This document shows, piece after piece, positions 29,561-37,809 of a stretch of DNA of 64,000 nucleotides (within the stretch, counting starts at the first letter, position 1; the number at the start of each line of letters is the position of its first letter). The notes beneath the pieces were generated by a model. The model was not told the origin of the DNA. It did not search any database and saw nothing but the letters and a program-made list of their open reading frames with translations. Made by a program: the position numbers and the translations under genes. The stretch comes from Deltaproteobacteria bacterium (lineage in GTDB: Bacteria > Desulfobacterota > Dissulfuribacteria > Dissulfuribacterales > UBA5754), in assembly GCA_036574075.1 (NCBI GenBank), contig JAINCN010000030.1, positions 18,029 to 82,028 on the forward strand. Direction: 5' to 3'.

Positions 29561-29983
29561 CTAACATGCGGATGGATCTGTTTTTTTTACAACAGGGATC
29601 TTCAGGAAGGTGATTCCCTCCTTTTTCAGCATCTCCTCTTCCTGCTCTGTTGCTACCCCCCGGATGTTCTGGGCTTCGGTAAGGCCGTAATGCATCTTGA
29701 TGGCCTCCTGGGCAAAGGCTGTCCCCACGTCGACCGTGTTTTGCATGATATACTCGGAGACACGGGAGAGAAGTTCTCGAGCGGCGTCCTCAAGACGAAT
29801 GCCGTCATGGTTGGCCCTTCCGGTACGTATGGCGACAGGGGAGATGGCCTTGTCGATCTCTGTACTTCCACAGAAAGGACAGCTGATTAGGTGTGCGTTT
29901 TTCTGACTTAAAAAGGAATCCCTGTCAGGGAACCACGCCTCGAAGACGTGATCCCGGGCGCAGCGAAGGTCAAAGGCAATCAT
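29561..29983 (-). CDS. DUF1178 family protein
   Basis: 140 aa; MIAFDLRCARDHVFEAWFPDRDSF...CPFCGS zinc-ribbon-like N-terminus typical of DUF1178. Confidence 0.65.
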   Translation of the reverse strand: MIAFDLRCARDHVFEAWFPDRDSFLSQKNAHLISCPFCGSTEIDKAISPVAIRTGRANHDGIRLEDAARELLSRVSEYIMQNTVDVGTAFAQEAIKMHYGLTEAQNIRGVATEQEEEMLKKEGITFLKIPVVKKTDPSAC

Positions 29984-30038
29984 AATAAAAATTTACTACC
30001 ACAGGGACGCATCCGCCACAACGGAAAACCTGAATCCG

Positions 30039-30113
30039 TGAGATATGCACTCAAACTTTCGATTTCACAGAGAGTTAGGTCGGGTTAGCGCAGCGTAACC
30101 TGACCTACAAGGC
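30039..30113 (-). repeat. truncated MITE-like terminus fused to a REP-like palindrome
   Basis: cctgaatccgtgagatatgcactcaaactttcgatttcacag (matches the rc end of copy E), followed by ttaggtcgggttagcgcagcgtaacctgacctac. Confidence 0.65.
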
Positions 30114-30486
30114 TCCTACAGTGTGACAGGTGTTGTTTTGGGAAGGCGAGGGGGGTTATCCATCGCTGGATAACATTTTTTTGATTTTATTATGATTATA
30201 CAGGGACGAACCTTGTGTTCGCCCTTCTTAATCCCGGCGAGGTTGTTCAAAACAGCCTGATTTGCTCTTTGAAATAATATGTTATAAGAGAAGGTCCGAG
30301 AGGACATCACTGCGGGCAGTGCCTGAAGAGAGAGGACGAACACAAGCGCCCCTACGAGGCTGCTGAGTTTTGCCGCATCCCTATCCGGCTGGCAGGGCAT
30401 CTCGGGCTTTTGAGCGGCATCATTCCTATGTATATCTGTGCTTTCAGATCGATTTTCCCCAGGGCCCCCCTCTTGAAGGAATATTT

Positions 30487-31158
30487 ATGATCACAATAAA
30501 AAGTTCGTTTAAATCGTTTGTTACAATGCTTATCGGATCCATTTTGATAAGTTTTTCCGTGGAGGCCGGTTCAAGTAACAGTCCCAAGGAAACGGCCGCT
30601 CTTCTCCAGGCGCGGTACGAAAAGACGGATGTCATCCAGGCCCGATTCTCTCAAGAGACCATCCCTGCCGGGGCTACCGAAGGGATTTCCGCAACTGGGA
30701 GGGTCTTTTTTGCAAGACCTGACCGAATGCGCTGGGAATACGAGACTCCGGATCCCCAGCTCATCGTGACCTCGGGACAGGATGTCTTCGTTTACGAAAA
30801 GGAGGCGAATCAGGTCCTTGTCATCCCAAGGGATCAGTTCCTCAACTCCGAGGTGAGCAAGGCCTTTTTCTTGGGCAAAGGGGATCTGGAGAGATCTTTT
30901 AGAATCGAGGCACCGGAAGGCGACCAATCCAAAAAGTGGACCATCAAACTCGTTCCCAGGCAGGACAATCCCCAGGTCAAGACGATCTTCATCACCATTG
31001 ACCCAGAGAATCATTGCGTCAGGGAGATGACTCTAGAAGACCACATGGGTGGAAAGACCCTGCTTCGTTTTACGGACATCGCCCTGAATGGAAAGGTTGA
31101 GGGTTCCCTCTTTTCCTTCACACCTCCACAAGGGGTCGAGATTTTTTATTCCCGGTGA
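30487..31158 (+). CDS. lolA: outer-membrane lipoprotein carrier protein LolA
   Basis: Signal peptide MITIKSSFKSFVTMLIGSILISFSVEA; FSQET...GRVFFARPDRMRWEY LolA pattern; ATG 30487. Confidence 0.8.
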   Translation: MITIKSSFKSFVTMLIGSILISFSVEAGSSNSPKETAALLQARYEKTDVIQARFSQETIPAGATEGISATGRVFFARPDRMRWEYETPDPQLIVTSGQDVFVYEKEANQVLVIPRDQFLNSEVSKAFFLGKGDLERSFRIEAPEGDQSKKWTIKLVPRQDNPQVKTIFITIDPENHCVREMTLEDHMGGKTLLRFTDIALNGKVEGSLFSFTPPQGVEIFYSR

Positions 31159-32078
31159 TGGAAAGGGACATGGAAGAACTTGTAAAAAGGATCCGCTCAC
31201 TCGCCAGGCAGAAGAACGCCATTATCCTGGCCCACAACTACCAGCGTCCGGAGATCCAGGATATAGCCGATCTCACGGGCGACTCCCTTGAGCTAAGCAT
31301 CAAGGCCTCGCGCACGGACGCAGACATGATCGTCTTTTGCGGCGTCCATTTCATGGCAGAGACCGCTGCGATCCTGTGCCCCTCAAAAAAGGTCGTCCTT
31401 CCCGTTGTCTCAGCAGGCTGCGCTATGGCCGATATGATCACGGCGGAAGAACTTCGTCGAAAAAAGACGGAGCATCCGGGGGTGCCAGTCGTCACCTATG
31501 TGAATTCGGGCGCCGACGTCAAGGCGGAGAGCGACATCTGTTGCACATCGGCAAACGCCATACAGGTCGTCCGTTCCCTGGATGCGAGTGAGGTTATCAT
31601 GACCCCGGACCGGAATCTCGCTAACTGGGTCCAGCGGCATACGGATAAAAAGATCCATGCCTGGCCGGGATTCTGCCCCATCCATGACGCCTTGACTGTT
31701 GCCGCTGTAAACGAGGCCAGGGCCGCGCATCCAAGGGCCGTGCTAATGGCCCACCCTGAGTGCCCTCTCAATGTCCTCGAAATGGCCGATGTGGTGCGGA
31801 GCACGAGCGGCATGCTCGATTACGCTGCGGCATCAGACGCAAGGGAATTCATCGTTGCCACGGAAAACGGGCTTCTCCACACCTTGGTAAAACAGAACCC
31901 GGGAAAGGCCTTTTACCCGGCATCTCCACTCATGGTCTGTGCGGACATGAAAAAGACCGGCCTTTTCGAGCTCTTCCGTGCCATCGAGGATGAAGGACCA
32001 GTGATCACCGTACCCGAAGATATACGTGTCCGGGCCTTTCAGGCAGTGGAACGGATGCTCGCCGTCCCCAGGGATTAG
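31155..32078 (+). CDS. nadA: quinolinate synthase NadA
   Basis: 307 aa; ILAHNYQRPEIQDIAD, VHFMAETA, CTSANA, CPIHD, HPECP. Confidence 0.95.
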   Translation: MMERDMEELVKRIRSLARQKNAIILAHNYQRPEIQDIADLTGDSLELSIKASRTDADMIVFCGVHFMAETAAILCPSKKVVLPVVSAGCAMADMITAEELRRKKTEHPGVPVVTYVNSGADVKAESDICCTSANAIQVVRSLDASEVIMTPDRNLANWVQRHTDKKIHAWPGFCPIHDALTVAAVNEARAAHPRAVLMAHPECPLNVLEMADVVRSTSGMLDYAAASDAREFIVATENGLLHTLVKQNPGKAFYPASPLMVCADMKKTGLFELFRAIEDEGPVITVPEDIRVRAFQAVERMLAVPRD

Positions 32079-32135
32079 GTGGTAGATAAGGGCAAGAAGA
32101 GGTTTAAGATGGACGAATGGGGCCGGAGATGGTGT

Positions 32136-32236
32136 AAAGGAGGTGGTCTTTCCGGCCCCGTTCGTTCCTATGAGGCAGACCGTTTCCCCCCGCCTGAAAT
32201 ATATCGAAACGTTTTTGAGGCTATGGCATGTCTGCC
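32136..32236 (-). pseudogene. remnant of an ABC-transporter ATP-binding gene (N-terminal fragment ending after Walker A)
   Basis: Minus-strand translation ...HSLKNVSIYFRRGETVCLIGTNGAGKTTSF, then runs into antisense nadA with no further ABC motifs. Confidence 0.45.
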
Positions 32237-32238
32237 GA

Positions 32239-33810
32239 TTATGAGGGGATGAGTCCAAGGATATCCTCAAGAGGACGGGAGGTGTCTATGATCAAGGGCT
32301 GGTCGGACGGCAAGGCCTCATGGGGGTCAAACGTCTTCTTTTGCACCAGGTAGATCTCCCACCGTCCGTCGGAGACGGAAGTAGTGTCCGAAGCGCGCCT
32401 TTCCAGGCGTTGACGGACCACATCCTCGGGGCATTCACAGAGGATGAAACGGATCCTGGCGTTGGAACAGGCAGCAAGTTCCAGGAGGGCTGAACGCTCC
32501 CTGCCGTCCCGATACGTGGCATCGAGGACCACGGATTCCCCCCGCATGAGATGCCGACCCGCAAACCGTGCGAGGGCCGCGTAAGTCCTTCGGCTCATCT
32601 CACCCGAATAGATACCTGCCCCAAATGCCTCATGGCGCCGTTCCAGGGCAGGGATGCCGGCAACGATCTCCTTTCTCACCCGGTCCGAGTTGTAATAAGC
32701 AAGGCCCTTCCGCTCCGCCCAGGCCGAAGAAACCGTGCTTTTGCCAGTACCCGGAAGCCCATAGAAGACGTAAAGCTTGGGCCTGTCCTGAGTCGCTCCT
32801 GTGTAGCGATGGGCAAGGGCGAAGTATTCCCGGGCCGTCTGTTTAAAAAGATCCCGCTCACGGGGATCGAGCCCGTCCGCCATGCTCGTGAAGCAGTTGA
32901 TCTTTCCGCGCACATATGCCCTGTAACACTTGTAGAACGGAATGAGTTCGAGGAACATGTCGTCATTTGTCCGGCGGGCGAATTCATCAATGAACCGCTT
33001 AGAAAGGATGGGAAGGCCGTGAAAATCTAGGTCCATGGCGAGAAAGGCCACATCCGCAGCCACGTCTCCACACCGAAACCGTTCGTTGAATTCGATGCAA
33101 TCAAATATGTAGACGGTCTCTCGCGGACGGTCGAAACAGATGTTTGCGGAGTAAAGATCCCCGTGTCCTTCCTTGATCCATCCTCCCTGAATGCGTGCAT
33201 GAAAAAGGGCCTCTTTGTCCCGTATGAAACCTCGCGTGTAGGAGCGGATCGCATCAAAGGTCGGGCGTGATATTGCCGTATCTATAAAAGATTCGGTCTG
33301 ATCGAAATTTTCTTCTGTATTGCGAGAAATAATATCAAGTTTTCCGAACTCTGCGATCTTCTTTCCTGTCGCTGCCTCTTTTTCGTAAAAAGGCACGAGG
33401 CGGGAGACCACAAGGGACAGGTCCTTTTCTTCCAGCCTGTCTTCTGCTATCATTCGAGCCATCATCCCGTCTTCCGGCATGCGCTTCATCCTGACCGCCC
33501 ATTCCACCGGAGTTCCGGAGCCGTTCAGCTCGTACATGCCCGCCTCCTCGGTAATGGGTATGACATTAAGATAGATCTCCGGACAGAGGCGGCGGTTGAG
33601 GCGCACCTCTTCTTCGCAGAAATGTCGCCTCTTTTCCAGTGTTGTGAAATCGAGAAAGCCGAAATCTACGGGTTTTTTCACTTTGTAGACGAAATCCCCT
33701 GCGATAAAGACCCAGGAGATGTGTGTCTGGATGCAGATAACAGCGTCTGCATCGTGGGGATAGAAGGATGGTTTTTTCATCCACTCGAGCCATGGGGGGG
33801 GTGTTTTCAT
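32239..33810 (-). CDS. bifunctional aminoglycoside-phosphotransferase-like / P-loop kinase protein
   Basis: 523 aa; N-terminal APH-like region (HGDLYSANICF), C-terminal P-loop FYGLPGTGKSTVS. Confidence 0.7.
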   Translation of the reverse strand: MKTPPPWLEWMKKPSFYPHDADAVICIQTHISWVFIAGDFVYKVKKPVDFGFLDFTTLEKRRHFCEEEVRLNRRLCPEIYLNVIPITEEAGMYELNGSGTPVEWAVRMKRMPEDGMMARMIAEDRLEEKDLSLVVSRLVPFYEKEAATGKKIAEFGKLDIISRNTEENFDQTESFIDTAISRPTFDAIRSYTRGFIRDKEALFHARIQGGWIKEGHGDLYSANICFDRPRETVYIFDCIEFNERFRCGDVAADVAFLAMDLDFHGLPILSKRFIDEFARRTNDDMFLELIPFYKCYRAYVRGKINCFTSMADGLDPRERDLFKQTAREYFALAHRYTGATQDRPKLYVFYGLPGTGKSTVSSAWAERKGLAYYNSDRVRKEIVAGIPALERRHEAFGAGIYSGEMSRRTYAALARFAGRHLMRGESVVLDATYRDGRERSALLELAACSNARIRFILCECPEDVVRQRLERRASDTTSVSDGRWEIYLVQKKTFDPHEALPSDQPLIIDTSRPLEDILGLIPS

Positions 33811-33921
33811 GGAGGTGTGTCCTCGGTCTTTTTGAGCGTGAACGGGTGAGTAGATTTACATTTTTTGACTGATTACGTAATATGACACCTTGCTCACTAC
33901 CACAAAAGACGGGGTATCGCT

Positions 33922-34500
33922 ATGGCTGAAATACGAAGTTCCCTGGATATTGCTCTTGAAAAGGCCGCTCGGCTTGGCTCTGTCGACAAGGAAGAAATGG
34001 CGAGGGAGACACGGGTGGAACACGGTAGACGTCTGGCCGTAACGTTTCTCCAGTCCCGGGATGCCACGATGAGGTCCCTTCTCGAAGGTGTGGATCCCCA
34101 GGGCTTCCAGGATGTCATGACCGGGGTTTTGCAGGTCCTCATGAGGAATATCATCCTCCCCAGGGATGCACAAAGGACGGAGATTGACCGCGCCCTGACC
34201 GGAATCGGCGAGCTCAAGGGAAGCAGCGCTCGGGACATCCTTTCGCAGATCGACCAGCTCATCGATGCCTATATCAAGAACAAAAAACACTACTACGAAC
34301 AGTTGAAGGTCCAGATGGAAGGCAAGCTTGGGGGCCTGCAGGAGGCCATGGCTCAACAATATGGCATACGCGGCATGGCAAGGCTTTCGGCCGAATCCAT
34401 TCCCCAGTTCCAGCAGGAGTGGGCAAAACTCTCATCGGAAATAGACGAGCAGTTTCAGCAGAGGCTCGACTTGTTAAAGGCCAATCTGGAACATTTGTAG
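33922..34500 (+). CDS. hypothetical protein (helical)
   Basis: 192-aa ORF with coding-like composition; no motif I can name. Confidence 0.5.
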   Translation: MAEIRSSLDIALEKAARLGSVDKEEMARETRVEHGRRLAVTFLQSRDATMRSLLEGVDPQGFQDVMTGVLQVLMRNIILPRDAQRTEIDRALTGIGELKGSSARDILSQIDQLIDAYIKNKKHYYEQLKVQMEGKLGGLQEAMAQQYGIRGMARLSAESIPQFQQEWAKLSSEIDEQFQQRLDLLKANLEHL

Positions 34501-34502
34501 GC

Positions 34503-34653
34503 CCTGAATCCGTGAGCCTACGGCCGGAGTATTTGTTTCGTGCGGCAAATAGCCTCCTGTCCATGGGGGCGGATTTGCCGCTCAAGCCTATTTATGGGCG
34601 CCTCCATCCACAAATACCCCGGCCGTAGGCTTATGCTGTGAAATCGAAAGGTA
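34503..34653 (+). repeat. MITE-like element, copy D (right terminus replaced)
   Basis: cctgaatccgtgagcctacggccggagtatttgt...gaaatcgaaaggt, then abruptly continues into the family-2 repeat. Confidence 0.75.
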
Positions 34654-35190
34654 GGGAGGGGGTGCGGGGCAGTGCCTCATCGGCCGGATAACCGCTTTGG
34701 TGATGCAACTGCCTTTTCGGCCATGGACGCGAGGTGCCAAGTGAGGCCCTGCGGCCGCCTGCCCTGGCTTTCTGGATCCGGCCTGATTCAGCACTACCCC
34801 GCACCCCCTCCCTGGATTACATGGGCGTACTTCAAACCTTACACGAGGGTTTGGACGGATGGGTGCACGGCGCAAGTGGAGGCTGGTGGGGCGGGCCGTT
34901 GTGGAGGCGGGCGGATCCAGAAAGCCAGGATAAGCGGGCACCGGGCCTTGCATAGCACCTTGCGTCATCGGAAAAGACAGCCGCTACATCGCCAAAGCGG
35001 TTATCCGACCGCCGGAACAACGGCCCGCCCCACCTGCCCATGAATTTAGGCGGAAAGCGGATCCAGAAAGCCAGGATAAGCGGGCACCAGGCCTTGCATG
35101 GCACCTTGCGTCCTCGGACAAGACCGCCGCTGTATCGCCAAAGCGGTTATCCGACCGCCGGAACAACGGCCCGCCCCACCTGCCCATATT
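34653..35190. repeat. family-2 long hairpin repeats: one inverted unit plus two direct ~131-bp units
   Basis: Unit 1 (34653-34813) is bracketed by the perfect 17-bp inverted repeat agggagggggtgcgggg/ccccgcaccccctccct. Units 2 (34885-35034) and 3 (~35048-35180) share gcggatccagaaagccaggataagcgggcacc...ccaaagcggttatccgaccgccggaacaacggcccgccccacc, and unit 1 is their reverse complement at roughly 70-75% identity. Confidence 0.85.
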
Positions 35191-35299
35191 GAGGAATGCC
35201 TGACAGCCGGGAAACGGCAAGCTTGCCGAATCTGGCGGCCTTGTCTCCCCTGTATCATCCTATATGCGATGGCATTTATGGAACATGCGGGAGGCCGTC

Positions 35300-35584
35300 A
35301 TGGAGAACAGGGATCTCTATCTTGCTGCGTACGACATCACGGAGGCAAAGAGGCTCCGCGACGCCCTTAACGTACTAAAAGGCGTCTCCACTGGTGGCCA
35401 GAAGTCCGTATTCGAGTGTTTTCTCAACAACATCGAGAAGAAGGGGCTTCTTTCCCGGGTCGGCAGGATCCTGGATCCGGCTGAGGACCGGTTTCTCCTC
35501 CTTAGGCTCGATCCGCGTGCGCGGGTCCACACCCTCGGGATCGGGGTCGAGCCTTCCGATCCCCCGTTTTTCTATTTCGGGTGA
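35300..35584 (+). CDS. cas2: CRISPR-associated endoribonuclease Cas2 (copy a)
   Basis: 94 aa; MENRDLYLAAYDITEAKRLRDA...VFECFL...RFLLLRL ferredoxin-like Cas2 pattern with the N-terminal Asp; gggagg 6 nt upstream of ATG 35300. Confidence 0.85.
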   Translation: MENRDLYLAAYDITEAKRLRDALNVLKGVSTGGQKSVFECFLNNIEKKGLLSRVGRILDPAEDRFLLLRLDPRARVHTLGIGVEPSDPPFFYFG

Positions 35585-35588
35585 TGCC

Positions 35589-36563
35589 ATGGGAACGCTC
35601 TATCTCGACCGTTCAGGCCTGGAACTCCGGATCGACGGGGACGCCGTGGCCCTTTACACGCGTGGTGAAAGGAGCGGCACGGTCCCGATTGGCCTGCTCG
35701 AAAAGATCGTCATCAAGGGGGAGATTTCCTTAACGAGCAATGTCCTTGGAAGGCTTGCTGATGCCGGGGTATCTGTTCTCATGCTTTCGGCCCGTCACTC
35801 GCGAAGGGTCGCATTCGTGCACGGACGATTCCACAACGACGCCCGTATCCGGCTCGCCCACTACCGGGCCGTCCTTGACGACGAATACGCGCTTGGCTGG
35901 TCCCGCCGTATCGTCCGTGCGAAGATATCAGCCCAGGTCGCCTTTTTGAAAAGGGCCGGAGACGAGAAGCCGGAGGCCAAAAAGGACCTTTTCGGCCCCA
36001 TCGCCGGGCTCAAAAGCTGTGGTGAGGCCCTTTCAAACGCCGTCACCACCGACGGCGTACGAGGACTTGAGGGGGCCTCTGCAAGGCTCTATTTCGCGGG
36101 CCTTTCGCACCTCTTTCCGCCTTCGCTTCAATTCAACGGACGCAACAAGAGACCCCCTCGGGATCCTGTCAATGCAGTCCTTTCCCTCGCTTACACCCTT
36201 GCGCATCACGAGGCCGTGAGGGCCTGCCATCTGGCCGGCCTTGATCCGCTCCTCGGCTTTCTCCACAAGCCGGCCTGGGGCCGGGAATCCCTTGCCTGCG
36301 ATCTCATTGAGCCCTTTCGGCCCAGGCTGGATGCCTGGGTGTGGGGGTTATTCCGCGAAAGGATCCTCAGACCTGAGGATTTCCACCGGGACAAGGGTGC
36401 GGTCCTCCTCGGCAAGGCCGGACGTCACCGTTTCTACGAGGCATACGAGGCAAAGGGCCCAGTCTGGAGCCGGGCCCTCATCAGGCTCGCCCGTGCCCTT
36501 GCCTCCTCCGTGACGAAAAAGACCCCGGATCTCTTTCTTGCGGACGAGGAGGACGACTCATGA
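35589..36563 (+). CDS. cas1: CRISPR-associated endonuclease Cas1 (copy a, catalytic motifs intact)
   Basis: 324 aa; N-terminal beta domain TLYLDRSGLELRIDGDAVAL...; GLEGASARLYF (Glu), LDPLLGFLH (His), SLACDLIEPFRP (Asp/Glu). Confidence 0.9.
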   Translation: MGTLYLDRSGLELRIDGDAVALYTRGERSGTVPIGLLEKIVIKGEISLTSNVLGRLADAGVSVLMLSARHSRRVAFVHGRFHNDARIRLAHYRAVLDDEYALGWSRRIVRAKISAQVAFLKRAGDEKPEAKKDLFGPIAGLKSCGEALSNAVTTDGVRGLEGASARLYFAGLSHLFPPSLQFNGRNKRPPRDPVNAVLSLAYTLAHHEAVRACHLAGLDPLLGFLHKPAWGRESLACDLIEPFRPRLDAWVWGLFRERILRPEDFHRDKGAVLLGKAGRHRFYEAYEAKGPVWSRALIRLARALASSVTKKTPDLFLADEEDDS

Positions 36564-37342
36564 GAAGGCCGCTGTATCTCCTGAGAGGGGAAGGGACAGA
36601 GGTCCGGCTCGATGGACCCTCCCTCCTCGTTTCAGGCACACGCAGGGCGGACGGCCGTTACCCTCTGGCCCAGGTCAGCCGTGTGACCTCCGACAGCGCG
36701 GTCAGGTGGGAAACCGAGGCCATCATTGCATGCCTCGGAAGCCGCATCCCGGTGACGTTCGTCAGCGGCCGGGGCAGAATCATCGGATTCTGCCTGCCGG
36801 TCGGGGAGCTGAAATCCAGCAACGCATCGAAACTTCGTGAGTTTTTCGCCTTTCCGTTCTGGAAGGAGGTCTACGACAATTGGCTCTCAGCTGAGACGAG
36901 AAAGGCCGTTCTCGATCAACTCGATGCATTTCACGTCAGGACCGAGGATCTGAGGCCCATGGCGGCAAGGCGGTTTCTGCTTGACCGTGTAGCTGCAAAC
37001 GTGTCAAGGGCCGAGAGGGACCGGATCATGGACAGATTAAACGGGCTTGCTGGATCCCTCCTCGCAGGGCTCTTCTCCCATGAAAGGCTCCCAACCCGGT
37101 ATCCTGTTACAGGGGCAGGGGTGGTGAACCTGCACGAGGATTTCCTGTCCGTCATTTCCTGGGAGCTTTTGCCGATCGTAATGGAGGTTGCGAGAAGGGG
37201 CTACAGGGATCGCGATCCGAATAGCCTGGCCTTGCTTGTCGGCGCCTTCGAGAAGAGATCCACTGTGATCAAGGATCGGCATGCGCGACTCCTCGAAAGT
37301 CTTCTTCTGAGAATTCATGACGCCTACCTCGTTGGACAATGA
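36560..37342 (+). CDS. divergent Cas1-like protein (copy b, catalytic residues apparently lost)
   Basis: 260 aa; ATGA overlap with cas1a. The N-terminal PLYLLRGEGTEVRLDGPSLLV...IPVTFVSGRGRIIGFCLP parallels the Cas1 beta domain. The aligned GLEG reads GLAG, and no GFLH-type His motif was found. Confidence 0.6.
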   Translation: MRRPLYLLRGEGTEVRLDGPSLLVSGTRRADGRYPLAQVSRVTSDSAVRWETEAIIACLGSRIPVTFVSGRGRIIGFCLPVGELKSSNASKLREFFAFPFWKEVYDNWLSAETRKAVLDQLDAFHVRTEDLRPMAARRFLLDRVAANVSRAERDRIMDRLNGLAGSLLAGLFSHERLPTRYPVTGAGVVNLHEDFLSVISWELLPIVMEVARRGYRDRDPNSLALLVGAFEKRSTVIKDRHARLLESLLLRIHDAYLVGQ

Positions 37343-37345
37343 GTC

Positions 37346-37708
37346 ATGAGCGACCAAGGCAAGCGCCCCTATCTTGTTGCGTACGACATTGCTGATCCGA
37401 AAAGGCTCTGCCTCGTCCACAAGATCCTCACCAGATACGCCGTCCCTGTCCAGTATTCCGTGTTTATCGGCACCTTTACCCCCACGAACCTTGAGGCCCT
37501 CAAAAAGGAGCTTGTGCAGGTCATAGAAAATGACGAGGACGACATAAGAATGTATCCTATCTCACGCAACGCCGATCCCATCACCATCGGCCGGCACTTC
37601 CTGCCGGAGGATGTACTGCTTTTTATCCAGAACAAACGGGCTGATATCACGCCCCTTGTCAGGGGTGGAGTCCATGGGCATGATCTCTGCGACAAGAAGA
37701 AAAAATAG
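37346..37708 (+). CDS. cas2: CRISPR-associated Cas2 (copy b)
   Basis: 120 aa; KRPYLVAYDIADPKRL...VQYSVFIGTF...IRMYPI; 3-nt gap after cas1b. Confidence 0.85.
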   Translation: MSDQGKRPYLVAYDIADPKRLCLVHKILTRYAVPVQYSVFIGTFTPTNLEALKKELVQVIENDEDDIRMYPISRNADPITIGRHFLPEDVLLFIQNKRADITPLVRGGVHGHDLCDKKKK

Positions 37709-37809
37709 GAGGAAAAGTAAGCAAATGGCGAATTGGCTTTTCAAACGTTATCAAAATTGGCAAGGTGGCTTGTATGAGGCTGGAAATATTTCAAAAAAAA
37801 GGAGGAGCT
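37709..37809 (+). promoter_or_regulatory. putative CRISPR leader
   Basis: 101-bp AT-rich stretch between cas2b and the first repeat, with repeated attggc motifs and an A8 run. No promoter hexamers could be assigned confidently. Confidence 0.5.

Noticed and set aside
34588-35258. Overlapping 70-126-aa ORFs with the recurring peptide RSDNRFGD.AAV.S.DARC.ARPGARLSWLSGSA upstream of cas2a
   Set aside because: They are translations of the family-2 direct and inverted repeat units. They overlap each other on both strands and have no start context.
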